Below are positions 50,965 to 59,664 of a DNA stretch of 64,000 bases, one piece after another (the stretch's first letter is position 1; each line of letters begins with the position of its first letter). Source of the DNA: Acholeplasmataceae bacterium. GTDB lineage: Bacteria > Bacillota_I > Bacilli_A > Acholeplasmatales > Acholeplasmataceae. Both the position numbers and the translations under genes were made by a program. The notes beneath the pieces are model-generated. The model made no database searches. It was not told where the DNA came from and saw nothing but the letters and a program-made list of their open reading frames with translations. Location: NCBI GenBank assembly GCA_007692425.1, contig RECG01000014.1:9654-73653 (forward strand). The letters are read 5' to 3'.

Positions 50965-51050
50965 GAGGACGGTTTTTCGAAGAAAAGCGTCTCATTTAAG
51001 CATATATATGATAAAATAGATGATGAAAACAAGAGAAATCAGGTAACATT

Positions 51051-51869
51051 ATGGCATTCTTGAACCGACTCATGGCGTCATTGAACGGACAAATGAACCG
51101 TCCGGTTCCTTATCAAGGCTTCGCTGAAAGCTGGCTGCATTATCTGGCCCTCGTGCTGGTCGTGCTGGCCACGGTTGTTGCGGTCACCCGTTTGAAGCGC
51201 GACGATGACCGTGCCATCCGTCATTTCGTGCTGGGCGTGGCCCTGGTCATGATCGTCTTTGAGATTTACAAGCAACTCAATTTCAGCTACACCAACAACT
51301 GGAACTACCGTTGGTATGCCTTCCCCTTCCAGTTTTGTTCGACCCCCATGTATGTGGCGTTATTGGCCGGTTTGCTTACAAAAGGCAAGGTCCAGGACGC
51401 ACTCTATGCCTTCCTGGCGACCTTTGGGCTTTTTGCCGGTGTCGCGGTCATGATCCATCCCAATGATGTCTTTGTCACCACGACCGGCATCAATATCCAG
51501 ACCATGGTTCATCATGGTGCCATGGCGGTCATGGGTATCGCACTTCTGGCCAAGCGGGTCAGACTCGAGCATCGTGTCATCCTGGGTGCCACCGTTGTCT
51601 TTGCCATCACCCTGATCATGGCGATGGGCTTGAACACCTGGCATAACACATTTATTCAGGAAGGCACCTTCAACATGTTTTTCATCAATCCGCTTTACGG
51701 CACCCACCTGCCCATCCTGAGCATCATCTACGACCTGGTCCCTTATCCGGCATTCTTGTTCATCTACACCGTTGGCTTCGGATTGGTCGCCTATCTGATG
51801 TTATTAATCGGCATGGGCGTCTCAAAGATCATGGTCAAACGTCCGGCGGAAACCTACGAACTTCAATAA
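51051..51869 (+). CDS. Polytopic membrane protein (about 7-8 TM), tentatively YwaF/TIGR02206-like
   Basis: The hydrophobicity pattern and the FPFQFCS and MVHHG blocks suggest this family. The assignment is from memory only. Confidence 0.6.
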   Translation: MAFLNRLMASLNGQMNRPVPYQGFAESWLHYLALVLVVLATVVAVTRLKRDDDRAIRHFVLGVALVMIVFEIYKQLNFSYTNNWNYRWYAFPFQFCSTPMYVALLAGLLTKGKVQDALYAFLATFGLFAGVAVMIHPNDVFVTTTGINIQTMVHHGAMAVMGIALLAKRVRLEHRVILGATVVFAITLIMAMGLNTWHNTFIQEGTFNMFFINPLYGTHLPILSIIYDLVPYPAFLFIYTVGFGLVAYLMLLIGMGVSKIMVKRPAETYELQ

Positions 51870-51892
51870 ACAGGCTCCGGCCTGTTTTTTTT
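51869..51892 (+). terminator. Rho-independent terminator
   Basis: AACAGGC-tccg-GCCTGTT followed by T8. Confidence 0.8.
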
Positions 51893-51911
51893 GACAAAGG
51901 CCGGGAAGACC

Positions 51912-52186
51912 TTGTCTTTGCAAGGTGATTGTCTTATAATAGAGGTAGTTGAACCGACTAAAGGTGTCTTTGAGACATAACAGGGAATCAAGTGCGAATC
52001 TTGAGCTGTCCCAGCAACCGTGAAACGGACGAAATGCGAAAACCACTGCCAAGGGCGGGAAGGTGCAAAGTAGGATGATGTTGAGCCGGGAGACCTACCT
52101 TGACGGTCGTCAGCTGTCGTCTTCTGGGGCTGGGACGGGCAAAAAACATCGTTTTTTGTCGTCATCACGCCCAGTGCGTGTTTTTT
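51912..52186 (+). promoter_or_regulatory. Promoter plus cobalamin (B12) riboswitch with a terminator-type expression platform
   Basis: TTGTCT, 17-nt spacer, TATAAT (51912-51940). Aptamer blocks are AGGGAA, GTGCGAATC, GCTGTCCCAGCAACCGTGA, CCACTG and GGGAAGG. B12-box-like AGCCGGGAGACCTACC at 52083-52099. Terminator CACGC-ccagt-GCGTG plus T6 at 52166-52186. Confidence 0.85.
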
Positions 52187-52207
52187 ATTGTTTCGAAGGA
52201 GAAAATC

Positions 52208-53407
52208 ATGAAAAGAATCATGTTGTCGGTCGTGGTACTACTGGGCATGGTGCTGCTCACCGGATGTGTCATGGAAGCGCCCTTCCATGGGTTTATCGTG
52301 CAAGTCGTCGACCTCGAAGGAACGGTCTTGTTTGAAGAAGAGGTCATAGTCAACATTGATGACGATCGCACGCTTTACGACATGCTTGAAGAAGCCATCG
52401 ATCTTGATGTCCAAGTCTTTGACGGGCTGGGTGTCTTCATCAATGGTCTGGCCGGTTTTTATCCCCGTGAACATGGCGTGACATTCAATTACTGGTTTGC
52501 CTTGCATGTCGATGGCGCACCAAGCAGCACAGGCATCAGCGACCTGGCATTCACAGATGGCATGGTCATCACTTTTGTCGAGTCGACCATGCTTGACGAG
52601 TTTGACCAGCAGGTCGACCGGGTCATCGGTCTCTTGATGGATGTGCAGCTCGAACGCTATCTTGAAGCCAATGTCATCGATCACCATGTCGCGGCCGCCC
52701 TGGCCTTGCTGGTGACCCATGGTTATGACGTCCCGCCCGCATTCACCGCCCTGACCGGGGCTGTCCCTGACATGCTTGATGCCCTTGGCACCGAAACGAT
52801 CGCGTCTGCCTTCAAAGCTTATGTGATCGGCCAGGCCTTTGGCGTGGACGTCGATGACATCGTCACGGCCATGACGGCGCTGACGGCGACCCATGTCTAT
52901 GATGCGACCGTGTTGTTGATGATGATGGGTCTGACCCATGCCGACCCTTCGCTGACAGCGCCGTTGCTTGACATGTTATTGACGGAACTGCCGGCTTTCA
53001 TGGATGCCGATTACGCCGGCATGCTGATCATGGCGCTCACCTTCTTTGCCGGTGATCCTGACGTCGATGCACGCATCGACGAGATGGTCACCTACATCCT
53101 GGACCGGCAAGAAGCGGAAGGCATCGTTTCCTGGGGTACCGCCAATGCGGCCTCGACCGCCCAGGCGGTCCTGGCTTTGCTGGCACTGGGGCTAGATCCA
53201 CGTGGGGAACATGCCACGGTGGACAATACGGATCTCATCGAAGCCTTGCTTGCCTTTGAAACGGAGGGTGCATTCAGATGGTCGCTTACCTCGGAAGACG
53301 CTGATTTCGCCTTTTCGACCCCGCAGGCTTTCGCCGCTTTGGCAGTTTATAAAATATATCGTGACACCTGGGGAAATCCGGCTGTTCACCTGTTTGTCAA
53401 CGCATAA
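52208..53407 (+). CDS. Surface lipoprotein: N-terminal DUF4430-like beta domain plus an alpha/alpha-toroid (prenyltransferase-like) domain; putative cobalamin-binding protein
   Basis: RBS GAAGGAG. Lipobox VLLTGC. DUF4430-like block FINGL.......NYWF..V.G..S..G......DG..I.F. Ala/Leu-rich helical repeats follow. The listed start at 52100 lies inside the riboswitch. Confidence 0.7.
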   Translation: MKRIMLSVVVLLGMVLLTGCVMEAPFHGFIVQVVDLEGTVLFEEEVIVNIDDDRTLYDMLEEAIDLDVQVFDGLGVFINGLAGFYPREHGVTFNYWFALHVDGAPSSTGISDLAFTDGMVITFVESTMLDEFDQQVDRVIGLLMDVQLERYLEANVIDHHVAAALALLVTHGYDVPPAFTALTGAVPDMLDALGTETIASAFKAYVIGQAFGVDVDDIVTAMTALTATHVYDATVLLMMMGLTHADPSLTAPLLDMLLTELPAFMDADYAGMLIMALTFFAGDPDVDARIDEMVTYILDRQEAEGIVSWGTANAASTAQAVLALLALGLDPRGEHATVDNTDLIEALLAFETEGAFRWSLTSEDADFAFSTPQAFAALAVYKIYRDTWGNPAVHLFVNA

Positions 53408-53431
53408 ACGCCTTAAACAGGAGAGGGTGAC

Positions 53432-53908
53432 ATGAAACATATTTTGGTCAAGATCATCATCACCCTTGTGGTGCTGGCCGCCGCCTTTTTGGTGTTCCGC
53501 CTCTTTTTTGCATCGTTTCAAGCCGATCATGACGGCGTGATTCAACTTGTCATCGTGGATGATGACGGCACGGTCTTGTTTGATGACGAGGTGCCGTTCA
53601 TGACACACGATAGCCTTTTTGATGTTCTTGACCGCACCTTCACGCTGACCTGTGCCGGACCGCAATACCAACCTGACGAGACTTGTTCACACGGCTTTTT
53701 CATCTTTCAAGCAGAAAGCAAGGTCATTCTCGGCATTCAGCATACGTCCTTCGATCTGCAGTCTGACTGGACAGGGTCGTTCCTCTTGTTTGAGATTCAT
53801 GACGGGTCGGACTACCAAACGTCCGCCTATGGTGTCTCTCATCTGCCTTTTACAGATGGCACCATGATCCGGATCCGTAAAACCAGCGTTTCAGGAGGTG
53901 GCGCATGA
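53432..53908 (+). CDS. Membrane-anchored DUF4430-like protein
   Basis: N-terminal TM helix IIITLVVLAAAFLVF, then the same domain pattern as the previous gene (VIVDDDGTVLFDDEV...LPFTDGTMIRI). Confidence 0.65.
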   Translation: MKHILVKIIITLVVLAAAFLVFRLFFASFQADHDGVIQLVIVDDDGTVLFDDEVPFMTHDSLFDVLDRTFTLTCAGPQYQPDETCSHGFFIFQAESKVILGIQHTSFDLQSDWTGSFLLFEIHDGSDYQTSAYGVSHLPFTDGTMIRIRKTSVSGGGA

Positions 53909-54438
53909 CCGCCGTCAGACAGCATCAGATCCGTACGCTTGCCCTCATGGCAGTCTTTACCGCCATCTTGTTCGTGCAACAGCTGGCGCTGTCTTTTTTA
54001 CCTAACATCCAGTTCACGACGTTGTTGATCGTCTTGTATACGAAACTGCTCGGTTTCAAAAAGACAACACTCATCATCACCGTCCATGTCATCGCCATCA
54101 ACCTGTTTTCCCCGCTCGGACCGGTCATCCCCGTGTATCTGCCCGCCATGTGGCTGGGCTGGATGATCATTCCATTTTTCCTCACATGCGTCTTCAAACA
54201 CATCGATCGAGCCTTTCATCTGGCACTATTCGGTCTTGTCCACGGCTTTGTCTATGGTTGGATTTTCGCACCGTTCGCGGCCTTTGTCATCGGTGTCCCG
54301 CTTTGGACCTACCTCTTGATGGACCTGCCGTTTGAAATCATTATGGCCACCAGTAACTTCATCACCATCTACTGGCTGTACGACCTCATGAAAAAAGCGC
54401 TCCATCGACAGCTGGAACGCCTGTACATGACACAATGA
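53905..54438 (+). CDS. Small polytopic membrane protein, ECF-transporter S-component-like (CbrT-like candidate)
   Basis: 177 aa with about 6 TM segments. ATGA overlap with the upstream gene. It is the last gene under the B12 riboswitch. Confidence 0.55.
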   Translation: MTAVRQHQIRTLALMAVFTAILFVQQLALSFLPNIQFTTLLIVLYTKLLGFKKTTLIITVHVIAINLFSPLGPVIPVYLPAMWLGWMIIPFFLTCVFKHIDRAFHLALFGLVHGFVYGWIFAPFAAFVIGVPLWTYLLMDLPFEIIMATSNFITIYWLYDLMKKALHRQLERLYMTQ

Positions 54439-54444
54439 AACGCC

Positions 54445-55317
54445 CTACGGCGTTTTTTCTTCGGCAGGTTTGGCCAACTTCAAGGTCACCATCAGTGTTT
54501 TCAAAGATTTGCGGGTCTCTTCACCCTCATAGAAGAAGCAGGTCATCACGGCACCCAGCGTTCCATAGATGAAAATCGGTAACATCGCCCAGACCAGCGG
54601 CCAATGCATCGGCTCACCCGTTACAGGGTGTGTCAACATGAATCCGGGCACGAACACATAGACATAGGGTTTCAAGAAGGCAATGATATCCGGGATGCCG
54701 AAGACAAAGGCGGTGTTGCGAAAATTGCCGCTTTGATAGTCAAGGAAGGTGGCGTTGACAATACCAAAGGCATTGAGCATCCACTCATTGACCATGACCA
54801 CCACCATTGCCCCATAGACCAATGGGAAAAGTTTGAAAATACGTCTGACATCAATCTTGTGCATCCCTAGCTTCGCCGTCAGGAAAGGGACGGCAAACAC
54901 CACGAAATGGGCATAATAAAACCGGATGATCGCCGCCTCGAACGGTTGTCGTCCGAGACCTTCGGTCGGCACCAGAAAAGCCATCAGACCCGACAAGGTG
55001 CCGACGATCACCAGGTAATCGAGCAGGATGGTCTTCCGGCTGAGAAAGAAGAAAGGAAACACAACCGTGCTGATCGCACAAAGATTTTCCAACGAGGCTA
55101 GCGTCAGGCTTTGGGGCCAGGCGGCCCGGTAGTCGGAGACCAGCACGAGTTTCAAGACATGTAACAAAAAGCCTGACATCAGGATGGTCAAAAGGACATT
55201 GAAACGGAAGCGTTCACCGCGTGGCTTGAGCCACGCATAAAGCAGCCAGGTGAAGGCTACCATCATCAAAAGATAGAGGAAATAGGAACTGTTGCCAAAT
55301 CTGATATCCGGCATCAT
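54445..55317 (-). CDS. Polytopic membrane protein (about 8 TM), tentatively YwaF/TIGR02206-like
   Basis: Hydrophobic 290-aa ORF with RBS GAGGAG. Its topology is similar to the 51051-51869 product. Confidence 0.6.
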   Translation of the reverse strand: MMPDIRFGNSSYFLYLLMMVAFTWLLYAWLKPRGERFRFNVLLTILMSGFLLHVLKLVLVSDYRAAWPQSLTLASLENLCAISTVVFPFFFLSRKTILLDYLVIVGTLSGLMAFLVPTEGLGRQPFEAAIIRFYYAHFVVFAVPFLTAKLGMHKIDVRRIFKLFPLVYGAMVVVMVNEWMLNAFGIVNATFLDYQSGNFRNTAFVFGIPDIIAFLKPYVYVFVPGFMLTHPVTGEPMHWPLVWAMLPIFIYGTLGAVMTCFFYEGEETRKSLKTLMVTLKLAKPAEEKTP

Positions 55318-55437
55318 AAACTCCTCACTTCAACTTTACATGTTGCAAAATCATGATCATCATCTTTATTTCAAACTTAATTCGAATAACGCTCGAAGAT
55401 CATAAATGTCCCTTTTGACTGCATCATAGATAATGCT

Positions 55438-55704
55438 TCATTGAACATTCCCATATTCATGGACGATTCGATTTCTCAACCCATGAATATTGATCCAAGG
55501 TATTTCTTGATGAAGTCTTTTGAATTCGATTGATAACTTCTTGATATGCTCTGAAATCTGAATGAAACGAAACATGATAGAATCCAACAGCACCTCATTC
55601 TTGTCGAATTCTTGTCTACTCAAGTCTTTTGTATGCTTAATCAAAAAATGAATATCATTCAAAATCTTTTCTACATGATATAAATCATCTTTTTTATGTT
55701 TCAT
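55438..55704 (-). CDS. HepT-like (DUF86, HEPN) toxin, truncated just after the catalytic motif by an in-frame TGA
   Basis: The Rx4H motif RNRIVHEY lies 5 codons before the stop. ATG 55704 follows RBS GAAGGTG and overlaps the MNT gene by 11 nt. A further 23 codons stay open after the TGA, down to TAA 55366-55368. Confidence 0.75.
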   Translation of the reverse strand: MKHKKDDLYHVEKILNDIHFLIKHTKDLSRQEFDKNEVLLDSIMFRFIQISEHIKKLSIEFKRLHQEIPWINIHGLRNRIVHEYGNVQ

Positions 55705-56167
55705 ACAGTTTGACACCTTCTTTCAATATGTCATTGACTAAAGAAGGATTGTCTTTAAGCGTATCTGGTGTAATGACTTCCACTTTCTTTTTTAATTCTG
55801 TTCTCAATGCTTCAACAAGCCCATAAAAATTGATTCCTGTGACAGATGTTGAAATCAACAGGTCGATATCACTTGTCTCTGTCGCAAAACCCTTCGCATA
55901 CGATCCGAACAAATAACAATACTCAACATCATAATGCGATAGTACTGATGTTGTGATTGCTTTGATCTTACCTAATGAAAGCAAGCCGTGTTCCTCATCA
56001 ATCAAACCATATTCCTCTAATTTCTCTTTAATATACATATACTTGATGGAATCTTTCTTCGATGCGTCATTTTCATAATTCACATAAGTTCTCAAAGGAA
56101 TTTTTACCAGTTCAGAAGCTTCTTTTTGAGTCAATTCCAATGACTTTCGCAGTGTCTTGATAGACAT
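55694..56167 (-). CDS. HTH (XRE-type) domain fused to an MNT-type nucleotidyltransferase antitoxin
   Basis: N-terminal LRKSLELTQKEASELVKIPLRTYVNYE. NTase motif GSYAKGFATETSDIDLL. Start at ATG 56167, after RBS AGGGGGTGA. Confidence 0.8.
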   Translation of the reverse strand: MSIKTLRKSLELTQKEASELVKIPLRTYVNYENDASKKDSIKYMYIKEKLEEYGLIDEEHGLLSLGKIKAITTSVLSHYDVEYCYLFGSYAKGFATETSDIDLLISTSVTGINFYGLVEALRTELKKKVEVITPDTLKDNPSLVNDILKEGVKLYET

Positions 56168-56173
56168 GGGATC

Positions 56174-56269
56174 ACCCCCTATCTCTATCATACATCAAAT
56201 GACACGTTATGACAATAGAAAAACGCAATTATTGCATATTACAAAAATCAAATAATGCAATTATTGCAT
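56174..56269 (-). promoter_or_regulatory. Promoter of the MNT/HepT operon with two upstream copies of a 13-bp near-palindromic box
   Basis: Minus strand TTGTCA, 17-nt spacer, TATGAT just upstream of the RBS. GCAATTATTGCAT occurs at 56225-56237 and 56257-56269, with 32-bp centre-to-centre spacing. Confidence 0.55.
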
Positions 56270-56395
56270 TGTAGGCTTTGATGGTGATTCAAATACATAC
56301 CATCAAACCGCTTTTTTGACGATTTTGACAAAACGATTGAAAAGATGCCAGTAGTCTGACGTCCACTGACACCTTATCCTGGCATACGTGCAATT

Positions 56396-57622
56396 TCACT
56401 TCAAGGTCGAACCGCTTTTGATGATCTTCGATGGGAAGTCTGCACTTCTGAAAATCCGGCAGTTGCGGCCGATATAGATGTCGGCCGGCACCATCGTGCC
56501 TTTTTCAATCACCGTGATGCCGGATGACAACAAGTCCGGTTTTTCCTTGTTGGCGGTAAAGTCGTCACCAAACCCGATGAACGCATGGCGGCCGATCACG
56601 CAACGCTTGTCGATGATGCTGCGTTGGACGGTCACGTTGTCACTGATCAGGACACTGTTCAACACAACACTGTCTTTCACCACCGAACCCTTGCCGACAC
56701 GCACGCCGGGACTGAGCACGGAATTGATGACGGTGCCTTCGATCACACAACCGTTTGACACGAGGCTGTTATGAATCGAGGCGTTGCTGCCTGCTTTGAC
56801 CGGCGGCAGGTCCTCGCTCTTGGTGAAGACCTTCCAGGTCGGGTCGTACAAGTCCAGGTCGACGTGATCCTTGGTCAACGCCAGATTGGTCTCCATATAA
56901 GCGTCATAAGTGCCGACATCCTGCCAATAATCGGTAAAACGGTAGGCACGGACATCGTGATCGGTCTCACGGATGATGTGAGGGATGATGTGATGACCGA
57001 AATCGAGATCATCACGTTTCACGTTCAACAACTCTTCCTTGAGCAGGTCCAAATCAAACAGATAGATGCCCATCGACGCGAGATTTGAAGAGGATGTTTT
57101 CGGCTTTTCCTTGAAATCGACGATGACGTCTTGATCATCGACGGACATGATGCCGAAACGCGACACCTCTTCAAAAGGCACCGGCTGGGTGGCAATCGTC
57201 AGTCGCGCACCGGTTTCCTTGTGTTGTTTGATCATTTTGCGGTAATCCATCTTGTAAATATGATCTCCGGAAAGAATCAAGACATAACGCGGTTTGCGCC
57301 GTTCGATGAACTCCAGATTCTTGAGCACGGCATCCGCCGTCCCCAGATACCAGTAGTTGTGTGGTTGCAACAACGTCACGCTTGAATCACGGCGGTCCAG
57401 ATCCCAAGGCTTGCCGCTGCCGATGTGCTCATTCAATGACAAAGGCAGATACTGCGTCAAAATGCCGATATCATAAATATTGGACTGGGTGCAGTTGCTC
57501 AAGGTGAAATCGATGATGCGGAACTTACCAGCAAACGGCATGGCCGGTTTGCTGCGACGCATGGATAAGATATCCAAACGTGAGCCTTTGCCACCGGCAA
57601 GAATCAAGGCTAATACTTCCAT
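56396..57622 (-). CDS. glgC: Glucose-1-phosphate adenylyltransferase
   Basis: [22 protein letters not shown] and a C-terminal left-handed beta-helix region. Confidence 0.92.
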   Translation of the reverse strand: MEVLALILAGGKGSRLDILSMRRSKPAMPFAGKFRIIDFTLSNCTQSNIYDIGILTQYLPLSLNEHIGSGKPWDLDRRDSSVTLLQPHNYWYLGTADAVLKNLEFIERRKPRYVLILSGDHIYKMDYRKMIKQHKETGARLTIATQPVPFEEVSRFGIMSVDDQDVIVDFKEKPKTSSSNLASMGIYLFDLDLLKEELLNVKRDDLDFGHHIIPHIIRETDHDVRAYRFTDYWQDVGTYDAYMETNLALTKDHVDLDLYDPTWKVFTKSEDLPPVKAGSNASIHNSLVSNGCVIEGTVINSVLSPGVRVGKGSVVKDSVVLNSVLISDNVTVQRSIIDKRCVIGRHAFIGFGDDFTANKEKPDLLSSGITVIEKGTMVPADIYIGRNCRIFRSADFPSKIIKSGSTLK

Positions 57623-57626
57623 CAGG

Positions 57627-59054
57627 TCACACTCCTAACATGGTTTGATAGAGTTCTTCATAGGACAAGGCCATCCGATCGAGGCTGAAATCCTGTTTCA
57701 TGGCTTGACGTACAATGCGGTCCCATACGTCTTTTTGCTCATGATAGACCGACAACGCCTCGAACAACTTTTCTTTAAAATCATAAGGATCATAATTGGC
57801 GAAACTAAAACCGGTGCCATCGCCGGAGAATTGATTGTAGGGCGACACGGTATCTTTCAAACCACCGGTTTCACGGACAACAGGCAATGCCCCATACTTC
57901 ATGGCAATCAGCTGACCCAGTCCGCAAGGTTCAAAACGGCTCGGCATCAGGAAAATGTCAGCCGCGGCATAAAGCTTATGGGCGATTGCCTCGTTGAAAC
58001 CGATGTAATGGGCGACCTTTTTGGGATATTTATAGGCCAGATAGCGGAAGAAGTCTTGATAATGATCATTGCCGGACCCCATCAAAATGAAGCGGGCATT
58101 GCCATATTCGACCACCTCTTCAAGTGCACGTGACATCAAATTGATGCCTTTTTGGCTGACAAGCCGGCCGATATAGACGACCAGCGGCATCGCCATGTCG
58201 ACATCTAGGTCGAAATGATGCAAAATCCATTCCTTGTTCAAGCGCTTGCCGCTCTTGACATCGCGTACACCGTACTGTTTTTCCAGATGATGGTCGGTCT
58301 TCGGATTGAAAACCGATTCATCGATCCCGTTTAAAATGCCGATAAAGTCATCCTTGCGCCCTTCAAGCGCACCGTCAAGACTGAAACCATGTTCCAAGGT
58401 CATGACTTCTTGTTGATAGGTCGGACTGACCGTGTTGATCTTGGTCGCCCGTTCAATGCCGGCCTTGAGGAAGTTGACGCGGTCGAAATGAACATAGGTA
58501 TAATTGAAATCGGTATTAAAGAAACGACTGACATAAGGATCAAACGACCCCTGGTATTCCAGATTGTGAATGGTCAACAACGTATGAATGCTGAAGTAAC
58601 CATCGTTGCGATGACGGTAATGCTCATCGAGCAAATACGGGATCATCGCGGTCTGCCAATCATTGAGATGGAGGATTTGCGGATAATCCTCCATGGCCCG
58701 CATGCCTTCGAGCACGGCATAACTGAAACAGGCGAAACGTTCGGCATCATCGTTATAGCCGTAAAGCTGGTCCCGTTCGAAGTAATGCATGTTTTGCACA
58801 AAAATATAGGGAATCCCGTCGTGTTCGAGCATGAAGTAATGGACAATCGTTTGCAAACCGCCAAATGTGATGGTCGCGCTTCCCAGTTTTTTCATCGCCT
58901 CGTGATGCTTGGCGATGCCTGGATAATACGGCGTGATGATCCGCACCTCGTGACCAAGTTTCTTCAAAGATTTAGGTAAAAAGGCCGCCATATCGGCCAG
59001 CCCGCCCGTTTTACTGAAAGGAAACGCCTCCGAGCTGCAAAACAAGATTTTCAC
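57627..59054 (-). CDS. glgA: Glycogen synthase (ADP-glucose type, GT5)
   Basis: MKILF..SE..PF.KTGGLAD start. PSRFEPCGL and GGL.DTV motifs. GTG start after a GGAAAGG/GGCGGGG RBS. Confidence 0.92.
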   Translation of the reverse strand: MKILFCSSEAFPFSKTGGLADMAAFLPKSLKKLGHEVRIITPYYPGIAKHHEAMKKLGSATITFGGLQTIVHYFMLEHDGIPYIFVQNMHYFERDQLYGYNDDAERFACFSYAVLEGMRAMEDYPQILHLNDWQTAMIPYLLDEHYRHRNDGYFSIHTLLTIHNLEYQGSFDPYVSRFFNTDFNYTYVHFDRVNFLKAGIERATKINTVSPTYQQEVMTLEHGFSLDGALEGRKDDFIGILNGIDESVFNPKTDHHLEKQYGVRDVKSGKRLNKEWILHHFDLDVDMAMPLVVYIGRLVSQKGINLMSRALEEVVEYGNARFILMGSGNDHYQDFFRYLAYKYPKKVAHYIGFNEAIAHKLYAAADIFLMPSRFEPCGLGQLIAMKYGALPVVRETGGLKDTVSPYNQFSGDGTGFSFANYDPYDFKEKLFEALSVYHEQKDVWDRIVRQAMKQDFSLDRMALSYEELYQTMLGV

Positions 59055-59244
59055 GCCAACCCCGCCTTTCCTTATCCGATGTTTCCCTTATAAGGGAAGT
59101 CTTCATTCCCATTATACATGATGAAAACGCTTTTATCAACCAGGACAAGTGTAAAAATCATCGTCTGATCCGATGTGTCCAAATAGAGAAAACCAACGAA
59201 TTATGATATACTTGTCATAAGTCAGGAAAAGGGGTAACACCACC

Positions 59245-59664
59245 ATGTTTGATGAAAAATCGTGCGGTGCCGTCGTCTATTACCGCAAGCATGACGATTT
59301 TCGCTATGTCGTGATCCAGCAACGTCACGGCAGACACTTCGGTTTTCCCAAAGGACACATGGAAGGCCATGAAACAGAAGCCATGACGGCTTACCGCGAA
59401 GTCAAGGAAGAAACCGGACTTGATGTGCTGGTCATTCCCAATGTCAAGGCCGAGACCACCTACTCTCCCCGTTTCGGTGTGAAGAAACAGGTTGTCTATT
59501 TTTTGGCTGAAGCAAAGTCAATGACAAGTGAACATCACGATGATGAAATCCTCCATGTCTTGTGGCTGGACGAGGAAGAAACACTCAAAAAACTCACGCA
59601 TCAAAACGACCGCGACATTTTCAGTCTGCTGGTCGGACATCTCAAGGATGAACGCAGCCTATGA
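59245..59664 (+). CDS. NUDIX hydrolase
   Basis: Nudix box GFPKGHMEGHETEAMTAYREVKEETG. Confidence 0.85.
   Translation: MFDEKSCGAVVYYRKHDDFRYVVIQQRHGRHFGFPKGHMEGHETEAMTAYREVKEETGLDVLVIPNVKAETTYSPRFGVKKQVVYFLAEAKSMTSEHHDDEILHVLWLDEEETLKKLTHQNDRDIFSLLVGHLKDERSL

Noticed and set aside
55438-55440. Possibility that the whole organism reads TGA as a sense codon (code 4).
   Set aside because: Dozens of well-conserved genes in the window end at TGA with correct full lengths (for example galK, galM, rsmH, nadE). Long ORFs are intact under the standard code. The recoding idea is kept only as a hypothesis about the donor of the islet.
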